A stretch of DNA of 64,000 nucleotides from positions 32,001 to 96,000 of the forward strand of contig JAXMNT010000012.1 of the NCBI GenBank assembly GCA_034670305.1. Reading direction: 5' to 3'. The stretch's first letter is position 1. Every line of letters starts with the position of its first letter. This document shows, in pieces, positions 37,846 to 47,119 of the stretch. The notes under the pieces are model-generated. The model searched no databases and was not told the DNA's origin. It worked only from the letters and a program-made list of their open reading frames with translations. The stretch is from Deltaproteobacteria bacterium (GTDB lineage: Bacteria > Myxococcota_A > Polyangia > Polyangiales > Houyiibacteriaceae). A program made the position numbers and the translations under genes.

Positions 37846-39699
37846 GTGAAGGCGCGCTGGCTCGCGCTGGCGGCCGCGGGCGCACTCGCGGCGTTGGTGG
37901 CGTTGGTCGTGATGCGGGGGCGACCGCCGTCCGACGATGCGGTGCGCGATCGCGGGACCGCCGTGATGGGCGCCTCCGACGTGCGCGCCTTCACGTTGGC
38001 GCTGAGCGACGAGGGCGAAGTCCGCACCCCATCCGGCACACCGGACGCCGAGGCAGGCACCGTGGTCGCGCGCCTGAGGCTGCGGGGCACCGTCGTGCTC
38101 CAGACCGTCGACTCGGATCCGTCGTGGAGCCTGCTCTCGCTCCGGAGCGCCGACGAGGTCGCGTGGTCGATGAATGGCGCGGCCATGCCAGATGCCGCGG
38201 ACCGGTTCCACGGGGCGGAGGTCTACGTGCGGCACGGGGAGGCAGGCGAAGTCGTCGCTGTGGAAGCCGACGCCGACACGGCCGCGCCCATCGCGCGCGT
38301 GCTCGAGACCGTCGCCCTCGCGCTTGGCCGAGAGCGACTCGCCCCGGAAGAAGCGCGGACTGCCCGGCTTCGAACACCCTTCGGCGAGGCGAACACCCGG
38401 GTGGTGGCGGATGCCGCATGCCGCGCCGCGCCGTGTTCGTTCATCGCCACCCACAGCGGCGACGACTACGTCGTCATCGACCAAGGCGCGTCCGCCACGG
38501 GCGAGGCGCGCCGCGACGTGACCTGGGACGCCGAGGGCATCGCGCGCATCGAGTCCGGAGAACGGATGGCGCTCCAGAACCCACGCGGCGCACCGATCGG
38601 CCACCGCGAAGTCCACGTCACGCTCGAACGCACCGCACCACCCGCGGGGCTGGCGCACGCACGCCTTCGCGGAACCCGGGTCGCGGTCGGTGCGCTGCGT
38701 GGGGACGCCGCGCGGCGCGGACTCCAACAACGCGTGGCGGGCCTGACGATCGAACAGGTGCTGGCCGATCTGGCGCTCGCGGTCGGTGGCCGGTTGCCGG
38801 ACCACGACCGGTGGCTCTGGCGTGCGACCGGCTTGCTGCAGCTCGATCCCGAGGCGGCGAGGGCGCTGGCCGATGCGTGTCTCGACGGACGGCTGGAAGG
38901 CGAGTCCCGCCGGGTCGCACTCGAGCTGCTCGCCAACGTGGGCAACCCCGCGTCGCAGGCTGGGCTTCGGCGCGTGCTCGCCGATCCTGGCGTCGTCGCG
39001 GGCGAAGACTACCCGCGGCTCGTGCAGCGCGCGGTGCTGCTGCGCGATCCCGAAGACGAGACCATCGCCTTTCTCACCGGGCAGGGCGAAGCGCTCCAAG
39101 GCGCGTCGTCGCGCGCGTCCTTCGTGGCCGCCGGGGGCGCGATCGGACACGCGCGCAGCGGAGACCAGGCGCGCGGACAGGAGGCGGTGGGCCGCTTGCG
39201 GGAGGCGCTCGGGGCTGCGTCCGATCCAGCCGACCGCCGCGCGCTCGTGATGGCGCTCGGCAACGCGGCCGCCGCCGAAGCCCAGTCCGATCTCCTGGAA
39301 GCAGCCCGCGCCGAGGACGCGGACCTTCGCCGGACCGCGGCGCGCGCGCTCGCACACCTCGAGGACGACGAGAGCGCCGGGCAGCTCGCGGCGATGGTGC
39401 AGGACCCGGACCCGCTCGTGCAGCGCGCGGCCCTCGACGCGCTCTCCGAGAACCACCCGACGGCCGAACAGTTGGTCGGTGTCGCCGAGTTCGTGGCGGA
39501 GCTGCCCCAACCCACCCGCGTCGCCGTCGTCACCCTTTTGGAACGTCTGCTGCGCAGCTCGGATGGGGGCCCGAGCGCCGCCTCTCGCATCGGGATGCTC
39601 TCGGTCGTCAACGCGCTCCGGCCGACCTCGCTGCCCGACGACGCGGCGCACCGGCTGATGGCGCTGCACCGCGCGCTCTCCTTCACCCGCGCGCGCTGA
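37846..39699 (+). CDS. HEAT-repeat protein with N-terminal beta-rich domain (Vitellogenin_N-like architecture)
   Basis: N-terminal signal/TM, beta-strand region, then LLANVGNPASQAGL, ALGNAA, LRRTAARAL, VQRAALDAL; starts 4 nt after the upstream stop. Confidence 0.8.
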   Translation: MKARWLALAAAGALAALVALVVMRGRPPSDDAVRDRGTAVMGASDVRAFTLALSDEGEVRTPSGTPDAEAGTVVARLRLRGTVVLQTVDSDPSWSLLSLRSADEVAWSMNGAAMPDAADRFHGAEVYVRHGEAGEVVAVEADADTAAPIARVLETVALALGRERLAPEEARTARLRTPFGEANTRVVADAACRAAPCSFIATHSGDDYVVIDQGASATGEARRDVTWDAEGIARIESGERMALQNPRGAPIGHREVHVTLERTAPPAGLAHARLRGTRVAVGALRGDAARRGLQQRVAGLTIEQVLADLALAVGGRLPDHDRWLWRATGLLQLDPEAARALADACLDGRLEGESRRVALELLANVGNPASQAGLRRVLADPGVVAGEDYPRLVQRAVLLRDPEDETIAFLTGQGEALQGASSRASFVAAGGAIGHARSGDQARGQEAVGRLREALGAASDPADRRALVMALGNAAAAEAQSDLLEAARAEDADLRRTAARALAHLEDDESAGQLAAMVQDPDPLVQRAALDALSENHPTAEQLVGVAEFVAELPQPTRVAVVTLLERLLRSSDGGPSAASRIGMLSVVNALRPTSLPDDAAHRLMALHRALSFTRAR

Positions 39700-39839
39700 C
39701 GTCCGGCACGACATGCGGTGAGCCGGTGGGTGATGAAGTGGGTCGGTCTGACGGCTGGCCCACTGCGACCGGACAGTGACCGATGACAGTGACCGATTCG
39801 GCGGCGAGAAGTGGGGCTGGGTGCGGGCTACCTTGGGGC

Positions 39840-41198
39840 ATGATCTCCACCCGCAGTCTCGCGTGTTTGTGCGTTCTTCTCTTCGCCTGCGGCGACGGCG
39901 GCGCGCCGCTCGACGCGGGCACCGATGCACGGGTCGCGACCGACGCGCCCGCGCAGGACGCGCCCGCACAAGACGCGCCCGCACAAGACGCGCCCGCAGA
40001 CGACGCGGACGTCGATGCCTGCGCAGACGTCGATTGCGGACGCGGCACCTGCGACCCGGACGGGCCGGCGTGCGTGTGCGACGACGGGTTTCACGCCGAG
40101 GGGCTGCGCTGTGTGATGGACGTCTGCGAAGGCGACGGGTGCCCGACGATGACCGTCTCCGACTGGCAGGCGCTCTTCGATGCGCACTGGACCGAGACCG
40201 ACCAGGCAGACTGCGAAGCGCGCGCGGCTTCGGGAGGCTCCGAGCAGGAGCACTACTTCCTCGCGTACTGCATCGACGGACTCGTCTCGATGTGGCGCGC
40301 AACCGACGACGACACCTACCTCGACACCACGCTCGGGTTGATCGACGACACCATCGCCGACGCGCGTGCACGCGCGGACGGTTTTCTCTACTGGTCGGGG
40401 CCCTACGAAGGGAACACCTACCCGCTCTGGGACAGCTACTACTGGCGCATCGTCGCGACGCTGGTTCGGCTGCTCGACGACGCACCCGACGTGCGCGCGC
40501 GCGGCGACTACCAAGCGCAGTACGAAGCGCTCCTCGCGTTCACCGAACAGCACATTTGGGACAAATGGCTCGACGGCGAATGGGGCGGCAGCGGCAACTT
40601 CTATCGCTCGCGCACCCACATGGCGTCGCACTGGGCCCGCATCGGACTCGAGCTGCACGCGGTCACCGGCGAGGCGGCGTACTTGGATGTGTTCGACCGG
40701 GTCTCCCACGGCGAGATGCCGGGCCGCCCGTCCAACCTCCGCAACCAGTTCGCGCCGAACCCCGCCCAGCCGGCCGCCTACGTCTGGTCCTCGGAGTGGA
40801 ACGAGACGCCAGGGGCGGGCACCGTACAGGACACCTCGCACGCGGGCGCGATCGTGTCGTTCGTCTCCACCGCGGTCGAGCTCGGCCAGTACTGGACCAC
40901 CGACGACCTCGACGCGCTGTCGGAGACCATGAACACCGTCGTCTGGGAGGCTTCGCTCGAGGGCGGTTACCACCGCAACGTCGACGGTACGACCGACGCG
41001 GGCGACACGCCTTATGCGGTGGGTGGAGGGCTCGGCGGGCGCATGCACGAGTGGTTCGTGCTCGGCCGCCACCGCCCAGACATCCAAGCGCGGATGGAAC
41101 GCCAGTACATCACCTACCCCCGCAACGTCAGCTACTTCGGCATCGAGGTGTACGGCATCGGCGCCTACAACGCGCGTGTGCTCGGCCTGACCGACTGA
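39840..41198 (+). CDS. Lipoprotein with EGF-like module and helical Trp/Tyr-rich domain
   Basis: Lipobox LLFAC; C..VDCGRGTC...CVCDDGF.....C; TACCTT box 5 nt before ATG. Confidence 0.8.
   Translation: MISTRSLACLCVLLFACGDGGAPLDAGTDARVATDAPAQDAPAQDAPAQDAPADDADVDACADVDCGRGTCDPDGPACVCDDGFHAEGLRCVMDVCEGDGCPTMTVSDWQALFDAHWTETDQADCEARAASGGSEQEHYFLAYCIDGLVSMWRATDDDTYLDTTLGLIDDTIADARARADGFLYWSGPYEGNTYPLWDSYYWRIVATLVRLLDDAPDVRARGDYQAQYEALLAFTEQHIWDKWLDGEWGGSGNFYRSRTHMASHWARIGLELHAVTGEAAYLDVFDRVSHGEMPGRPSNLRNQFAPNPAQPAAYVWSSEWNETPGAGTVQDTSHAGAIVSFVSTAVELGQYWTTDDLDALSETMNTVVWEASLEGGYHRNVDGTTDAGDTPYAVGGGLGGRMHEWFVLGRHRPDIQARMERQYITYPRNVSYFGIEVYGIGAYNARVLGLTD
39942..39997. repeat. 15-bp in-frame tandem repeat x4 (QDAPA)
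   Basis: GACGCGCCCGC at 39942, 39957, 39972 and 39987. Confidence 0.95.
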
Positions 41199-41237
41199 GC
41201 CCCGACCGACGTGGACGACCGCCGTCGAGAAGCGTGG

Positions 41238-43139
41238 CTATTCGTCCAGCCCGGTCGACTCGTCTTGGGGCCGCAAGGGGTGGGCGCGGGGATCGGGGGT
41301 GCGGCGGCGGCCGACCACGTTCCCCTCGAGCACGTTGACCTCCACCGGCGGCGTCAGTTCGTACGCGTACCCGCGCGACGGGATCTGAAAGGTGGTCGTG
41401 CCGAGCGAGGTCCGGATCTCGCGGGAGTGGCGCACCAAGAGGGAGCCGCGGCGGTTGTGAAACCGGTGGGCGAGCAAGAAGCGGGTGAGCCGCAGCGCGA
41501 GGTGGTTGTGCAAGCGGTGACAGCCGTGGCTCGCGCCGGTGAGGATGGAGCGGTAGGACACCGAGCCGTGGGTGCGCACGCCTTCGTCGACGAGCAGTTC
41601 ACCGGCGCCCATGTCGCTGTCGGCGAGGCGGTGGTGAACCACCATCGCGAGCCCGTAAGCGCTGCGGTAGCCGGGTCCGAAGAGGGTCGTGTTCGGCACG
41701 ACGCGGTCGCGGCTGACGTACCGGATCAGATCGCTGACCGGTGTGCTTCGAGGTGGGATCCAAGCCGGCGCCGCCACGACGTCGCGCCAGACGCGCGGGC
41801 CCGGGGGTGACTCTTTGTACTCGAGCGCGATGCCCCCCCGCGCGACCTCACGCATCCAGCCGCCGATCGTGGTCGGCCATTGCACGACGGCGACCTCGCG
41901 GTCTCCGTCTTGGGCAAAGAGCGTGAGGATGGGTCGCCGGTTGAGCGGCAGCGGCGTGCGAACCGTGCGGGGCAGGTCGTAGCTCAGGTCGCCTCGGTCG
42001 ACCTCGGCGCGCATGGTCATGTGGGCCGAGTGGTAGGCCGGTTTCGGTGGCAAACGGACCGCGATCTGCGTCGGCCGTTCGTCTTGCTGCGCGAACGCGA
42101 CGAAGGCTTCGGGGCTGGTCCAGCCTAGGCCGCGCGCGGTGGCTTCGGTCGCAGGCGAGAGCCAATCGGGCGCGCCGTTCTCACGCGGTTCGTGTCCTGC
42201 CCCGAAGCGCAGCTCTGGGGCGTCGATGACGCGGTCGAGGATCGTGCCCCATTCCTGGCGCGCGGAGCCGTCCTCGATGACCCCGGTCGCGCCTCCGACC
42301 CGTTCCCGCAGCGCGCGCAGGACCGCGCGGAAGTCGAGCTCGCGGCTGTTCACGCGCATCGTCTCGATCGTGGTCGCATCCAGCGATCCGGCGGCGTAGA
42401 GCATGTGCTGTCGCTGCCACTGGGTGAGCGCTTCGCTCGTCGGTTCGTCGAAGACCCCGTCCACCGCGCGGCCCATCCCGTCGCACCGCAGATGCGCCTG
42501 CACAGCACGGATGGTCTCCACCCGGCGGCGGTCTTTGAAGAACTGGGTGAACTGCCGCTGACGGGAAGTGACCCCGTCGAGCGCGTCGACGGAGTCCAGC
42601 TCGAGGGCTTCTCGTTCGGCTTCGAAGAGCGGAAGCTCCCGCTCGAATGCGCGCACCCGTTGACGCCCACCGGGCACATCGATCTCGGTGGACTTCATCA
42701 CGTAGGGCAGGTCGTGCAGCAGGTCGTCGTCGACCGCGGCGTGGCACGCATGCCGTTCTTCGTCGCCGAGCCGTTCGCCGAGCACGCGGAACGTGGGGAA
42801 GATGCCGAAGACCTCGAGGTAGCGCTCCGGTTCGACGTCGTCGGGCAACGCATCGAGCTGCTCGTCCGCGAGCATCACGTAGGTGCTCCGGTACGGCGGT
42901 GTGCCGAGTTCGCCCATCTCGGGCGCCGGCGCGAAGATGTGTGGCGCGTAGTCGTCGCTCAGATCGACGATCGTCAGCTCTTCGACTTCGGTGACCTCGA
43001 CCTGACGCACGATGTGTCCCGCCTCGTAGTAGGGCACGGTCTCGATCGTCTCGACCGGCAGCGGCGGCGCATAGGTGGCGGGTTTCTCGCACCCCACGAG
43101 ACTGAGCAGGATTGTGACCATCGGAACCGAGCGCGTCAT
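41238..43139 (-). CDS. L,D-transpeptidase (YkuD) lipoprotein with peptidoglycan-binding domain
   Basis: THGS...SHGCHRL catalytic motif, PAWIPP, VDGVFDEPTSEALTQWQ PG-binding motif; lipobox LVGC. Confidence 0.85.
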   Translation of the reverse strand: MTRSVPMVTILLSLVGCEKPATYAPPLPVETIETVPYYEAGHIVRQVEVTEVEELTIVDLSDDYAPHIFAPAPEMGELGTPPYRSTYVMLADEQLDALPDDVEPERYLEVFGIFPTFRVLGERLGDEERHACHAAVDDDLLHDLPYVMKSTEIDVPGGRQRVRAFERELPLFEAEREALELDSVDALDGVTSRQRQFTQFFKDRRRVETIRAVQAHLRCDGMGRAVDGVFDEPTSEALTQWQRQHMLYAAGSLDATTIETMRVNSRELDFRAVLRALRERVGGATGVIEDGSARQEWGTILDRVIDAPELRFGAGHEPRENGAPDWLSPATEATARGLGWTSPEAFVAFAQQDERPTQIAVRLPPKPAYHSAHMTMRAEVDRGDLSYDLPRTVRTPLPLNRRPILTLFAQDGDREVAVVQWPTTIGGWMREVARGGIALEYKESPPGPRVWRDVVAAPAWIPPRSTPVSDLIRYVSRDRVVPNTTLFGPGYRSAYGLAMVVHHRLADSDMGAGELLVDEGVRTHGSVSYRSILTGASHGCHRLHNHLALRLTRFLLAHRFHNRRGSLLVRHSREIRTSLGTTTFQIPSRGYAYELTPPVEVNVLEGNVVGRRRTPDPRAHPLRPQDESTGLDE

Positions 43140-43314
43140 GCGGGCAGCCTAGCAGGGTGCCGCAAGACTCCTCGGCGGCCTGCGCGCGCCGAGGCAGCCC
43201 TCTTCCACCATCCCCGCCGCGGACGCGAGACTGGCCACCTCCAGCCGGATCACATCCGGGAGTTTTGCAGCAGTCGGCTTCGAATCGGCGCGCTGGTACG
43301 TCTTCGACCAACGA

Positions 43315-44916
43315 TCAGAAGTGCGGTTGGCTGCCAGCGGTGGGGCGCGCGTCCATGTGCGGCCAGCCATCGCGCCAGCTGACCCGGTCGGCGAGCAGCA
43401 CCCGTCCAGGGGACGCGTCGATCCGGTCCGCGTACCACGCGTGGTAGACGTGCACCCAGCCGCCGTCTGGGCCGCGCACCACCGAGCCGTGCCCCGGACC
43501 GGCGAACGCGTGGTTGCTGGTGAGGATGGGTCCGCTCGCCTTGGTGAAGGGGCCGGTCGGTGAACGCGAGCGCGCGACCCCGACCGCGTACCGCGAGGTC
43601 GCGAAGTGGTTCGCGCTGTAGAAGAGGTAGAAGTAGCCGCCGCGCTCGATCACCCACGCGCCCTCGACCACGTTGCCTTCCCAGCCGCGGTCGTTGACCA
43701 GCACCTGGGTGCGCGGCCCAGTGAGGGTGACGCCGTCTGCTTGCACCCGCTGCACGAAGAGCGGCGTGGGTTGACCGATGGCGTTGCCGTCGCGCTTCCA
43801 CGAGAGGTACCGCTCCCCGGACGAGGTCTCGAAGTAGTGGGTGTCGATCACGCCCGGGTTCGAGTCGCGCAGGAGCGGCCGACCGAGATCCGTGTACGGG
43901 CCGAGTGGGTCGTCCGCGAACGCCGCGCCGAGCGCGAGCCGTCCATCCGCGGCGTTGCGTGCGCTGTAGTACGCGATCCACCGGTCGCCGACGTGGTGGA
44001 TCTCGGGCGCCCAGAAATCGCCCGACGCCCAACCCGGCCGGGTGCCGCTTGGAAACACGTGGCCACGACTTCGCCAGGTCACCAGATCGCTCGAGGTGCG
44101 GAGCGGAAACGCCGCGCCCGCGTTGCCCGACGTGCACGCCATCACGTAGCCGTCGTCGATCGCGGCGACCCCAGGGTCCGGACAGTTGCGGTCGACCACC
44201 GGGTTCGCGAAGAGGCCACTGCGGCTCTCCACCGCACCGCAGCCGGTGTATCGAAGCGCGACTTCGCACGCGCCGGAGAAGTGCGGCACCCAGCCGTTCG
44301 AGAGCTCGGCTGTGCGCAGCCCGCCGCTCGATCCGCAGCCGCCGTCCCACGTCACCACGCCGTCGACGTCGTCGTAGTCCGCGGCGTGCCCGGGCGCGCG
44401 CTGCCAGCCCGCGCCGTAGGTGATCCGCGTGCCGCAGGAGGTCGTCGCGCATTCGCCGGTGCGGTCGATCGCGATGCGGCATGCGCGCCCCACGAAGTAC
44501 GGCCGCCAGCCGTTGGAGAGCACCGCGTACGAGTTCGCTCCGTCGCGGTGGCAGACTCCGTCCCAGTCGACCGACCCCGCGACCTCGTCGAAGTCCGTGT
44601 CGCGGCCGTCTGGGTGAATCCAGGCGTCGCCGTAGGTGATGCGGGTGCGGCAGGGACCGGGGCCCGCGTCTTCGCCAGTGAACGCATCGACGCCCGCGTC
44701 CGTTGCGAGGCCCGCGTCCATTGCCAAGTCCGCGTCCAGGCCAGGTGCGTCGTCCGCAGGACCCCCGTCCGCAGAACCCGCGTCGGTCGACCGGGCGTCC
44801 GCCGAACCGTCGACCGCGTCGACCGAGGCGTCGCGGGAACCGAGCGTGGGTCCCGTACACCCTCCGGCGAACGCGGCGGCCAGGATGGGGACGAAGGCGC
44901 GGAACGAAGAAGTCAC
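43315..44916 (-). CDS. GH43 glycoside hydrolase lipoprotein with duplicated N-terminal module
   Basis: PDPGV, FWAPEI, VIDTH, VEGAW, YYLFYS-like, GPGHGS motifs; lipobox AGGC. Confidence 0.9.
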   Translation of the reverse strand: MTSSFRAFVPILAAAFAGGCTGPTLGSRDASVDAVDGSADARSTDAGSADGGPADDAPGLDADLAMDAGLATDAGVDAFTGEDAGPGPCRTRITYGDAWIHPDGRDTDFDEVAGSVDWDGVCHRDGANSYAVLSNGWRPYFVGRACRIAIDRTGECATTSCGTRITYGAGWQRAPGHAADYDDVDGVVTWDGGCGSSGGLRTAELSNGWVPHFSGACEVALRYTGCGAVESRSGLFANPVVDRNCPDPGVAAIDDGYVMACTSGNAGAAFPLRTSSDLVTWRSRGHVFPSGTRPGWASGDFWAPEIHHVGDRWIAYYSARNAADGRLALGAAFADDPLGPYTDLGRPLLRDSNPGVIDTHYFETSSGERYLSWKRDGNAIGQPTPLFVQRVQADGVTLTGPRTQVLVNDRGWEGNVVEGAWVIERGGYFYLFYSANHFATSRYAVGVARSRSPTGPFTKASGPILTSNHAFAGPGHGSVVRGPDGGWVHVYHAWYADRIDASPGRVLLADRVSWRDGWPHMDARPTAGSQPHF

Positions 44917-44967
44917 GCCGCCCTACGTGCAATCGGTGGACCAAGCCGGTGGGGCCCCGCTCCGGCG

Positions 44968-45085
44968 CAGAAGCCGATTCCGAATCCGATGCCGAAGCCG
45001 ATCCCCGAAGCCGAAGCCGAAGCCGATCCCGAAGCCGAATCCGAAGCCGATCCCGAAGCCGAAGCCGATCCCGAAGCCGATCCAG
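44968..45085. repeat. Intergenic CCGAAG/CCGATC hexamer repeat tract
   Basis: Directly visible run ccgaagccgatcccgaagccgaa... Confidence 0.9.
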
Positions 45086-45232
45086 AACGCGCGATCGCCC
45101 GCTGTCTGGGGATGCACGCGCGGCCTGCGCGTGTCGATGCGTGCCGATGCGACGCGCTCCGTTCGAGTGAGCGCGCAGAGTCTGGTCAGCTTCGATGCGG
45201 TCGAAGCGCGCCACCCTGCGTTGCTTCTGGCG

Positions 45233-45670
45233 TCAGTAGCGCTTCGGGAGCTCGGCGGCGACGTCGCCCATCCGGGTGAACGCGCGGATGTAGCGCAGTA
45301 CCTTGAGCTTCGGGCCTTCGAGTTTGTAGTCGGGGGACATGATCACATCGATGACGCCCACCTCGCCCTTGTCGAGCTTCACCCAGAAGTCGTAGGGCGC
45401 CGTGGTGCGCGCGAGCATCGAGCCCTTCACGAACTTGGTGGTCCGCAGCGGCCCGGGCGCGTCCTGTTCTTCGAACGAGAGCAACTCGATGCGCCCATCG
45501 TGCACCCGGTACCGGACCTCCACGTCCTTCTTGTCGGGCGTGTCGGTGCCGCGCAGCGCGATCGTCTCGCGCATCGATCGGGCCGCCTTCTGAAAGACCG
45601 CGTCCTTGTTGATCGCCTCGAGGAAGACGTCCGTGAACTCGGTCGTGAAGTAGCGGGGCAGTTCGGCCAT
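45233..45670 (-). CDS. SCP2 sterol/lipid-binding domain protein
   Basis: YFTTEF..AINKD, APYDFWVKLDKGEV..YKLEG..KVLRY pattern. Confidence 0.7.
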   Translation of the reverse strand: MAELPRYFTTEFTDVFLEAINKDAVFQKAARSMRETIALRGTDTPDKKDVEVRYRVHDGRIELLSFEEQDAPGPLRTTKFVKGSMLARTTAPYDFWVKLDKGEVGVIDVIMSPDYKLEGPKLKVLRYIRAFTRMGDVAAELPKRY

Positions 45671-45788
45671 GGCGCGGGTGTACCACCTCTCCCGCAGGAG
45701 GTCTGCCTGCCGCGTCGGACCGCCCGGTGTGGCCTGGGAACCCATGCACGCCCCGACACGGTCGGACTCTGCGTGGCATCCTGGTTCG

Positions 45789-46421
45789 ATGGAAGATCTC
45801 TGGACGCGCCTGGAAACGTTCGCGAACGAACACCAACGTTCCCTCCAACTCCGGCCAGGCGCTTCGGAGAAGGAGGTCGCGCGCGCCGAGAAGGCATTGG
45901 GCCGCAAGCTGCCGAGCGGGTACCGGCAGTCGGTGCTGCTTCACGACGGACAAGAGAACGACCCAGAAGCCTTCGGGTGGATGCCCGGTTGTTGGCTGCT
46001 GGCGCCACTGAAGGCGGTCGTGGCCTTTCACGCGACCCTGGAGAACCTGGCGACCATGTGTCGGGAAGAGGCCGAGGAAGACGAGGGTCCCTCCTTTGAC
46101 ACGTCGGGCACCCACCGACTGGATGTCTTCCACGAGGATCGGATCCCCATCGCCGGTTATCCATACTGGGACGGCGACAATACGTTCCTGGACTTCGCAG
46201 TCGGGCCGAACGGCACCGATGGACAAGTGCTCGGGCTCGTGACGGAGTGCGACTTCGAGGTGTACGGCACAAGCTTCGAGGAAGCGGTCGGCGCGTACGT
46301 CGCGGCGCTCGAATCGGGCGACTGGATCTACGACGAGGCGCTGGGCAAGACACGCTGGAAGGGCCGCAAGAAGCGGTGCAACGGCGGCACCGAGTTCGCG
46401 AAGTTCCGCCGCAGCCAGTGA
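45789..46421 (+). CDS. SMI1/KNR4 (SUKH) family protein
   Basis: LRPGASEKEVARAEKALGRKLP..YRQS..LHDGQ; LDFAVGPNGTDGQV. Confidence 0.9.
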   Translation: MEDLWTRLETFANEHQRSLQLRPGASEKEVARAEKALGRKLPSGYRQSVLLHDGQENDPEAFGWMPGCWLLAPLKAVVAFHATLENLATMCREEAEEDEGPSFDTSGTHRLDVFHEDRIPIAGYPYWDGDNTFLDFAVGPNGTDGQVLGLVTECDFEVYGTSFEEAVGAYVAALESGDWIYDEALGKTRWKGRKKRCNGGTEFAKFRRSQ

Positions 46422-46479
46422 ACCCTGTCACCGGAACGTTCCAAGGGGGAACTCGGTCGCCAGAACGTAGAAAGCGGCT

Positions 46480-47100
46480 ATGGCTTCTTCGATGCGTGCG
46501 CCCAAGGTCAAACTCGGTCTGAAACTCGTCGGCATCTACCTGGCGGTGGCGCTGGTCGCGAGCGTGGCGGCGACGGTTGCTGTGTTCGTTGAAGACGAAC
46601 TCATCGCGACCATCGCCGGCTGGGTGCAGGCCGCGATGTCTCCGCTGGCCCTCATCGGCGCCGGCTTGATCGCCACCGCACCGAGCGACTCCCGCGCCGT
46701 GATGCCGGCGGTGTTCGGTGCGATCTGCGCGCTCGCCGTCGTCGCGACGAGCTGCGGAAGCATGTTCATCGACGCCGACCGCTACAGCAGCCGCAACCTC
46801 TTGCTCATGTTCGCGCTCCTCGGCGGGCTCGCGGGGTTCGGGCTGCTCGTGTCGGTCACCAAAGCCGGCCAGAACCTCGCCTGGTCCTACGGCGTGCACG
46901 ACAGCCACGAACGCCTCGCGACCCTCTTCATCTCGACCATGGTTCTGCTCGTCGCGGGCTTCGTCCTGAGGTGCATCACCCGCGCGATCCCCGACGCCGC
47001 GGTGATCGGCCTGATCCTCCCCTTCTTCGGAGCCGTCATCTCCGCCTTCGTCGCCTTCAACTTGCTCCAGCTCTCGAAGAAGCTCCCGGACTACTTCTAA
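46480..47100 (+). CDS. Hypothetical membrane protein
   Basis: About six hydrophobic segments. Confidence 0.7.
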   Translation: MASSMRAPKVKLGLKLVGIYLAVALVASVAATVAVFVEDELIATIAGWVQAAMSPLALIGAGLIATAPSDSRAVMPAVFGAICALAVVATSCGSMFIDADRYSSRNLLLMFALLGGLAGFGLLVSVTKAGQNLAWSYGVHDSHERLATLFISTMVLLVAGFVLRCITRAIPDAAVIGLILPFFGAVISAFVAFNLLQLSKKLPDYF

Positions 47101-47119
47101 CGGCATCGCCGAGCGCCCA

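Noticed and set aside
35376-38186. 936-aa minus-strand ORF
   Set aside because: Antisense shadow of the Cys-repeat lipoprotein gene.
43149-43314. Possible small ORF or remnant (KLPDVIRLEVASLASAAG)
   Set aside because: No recognisable motif or credible start.
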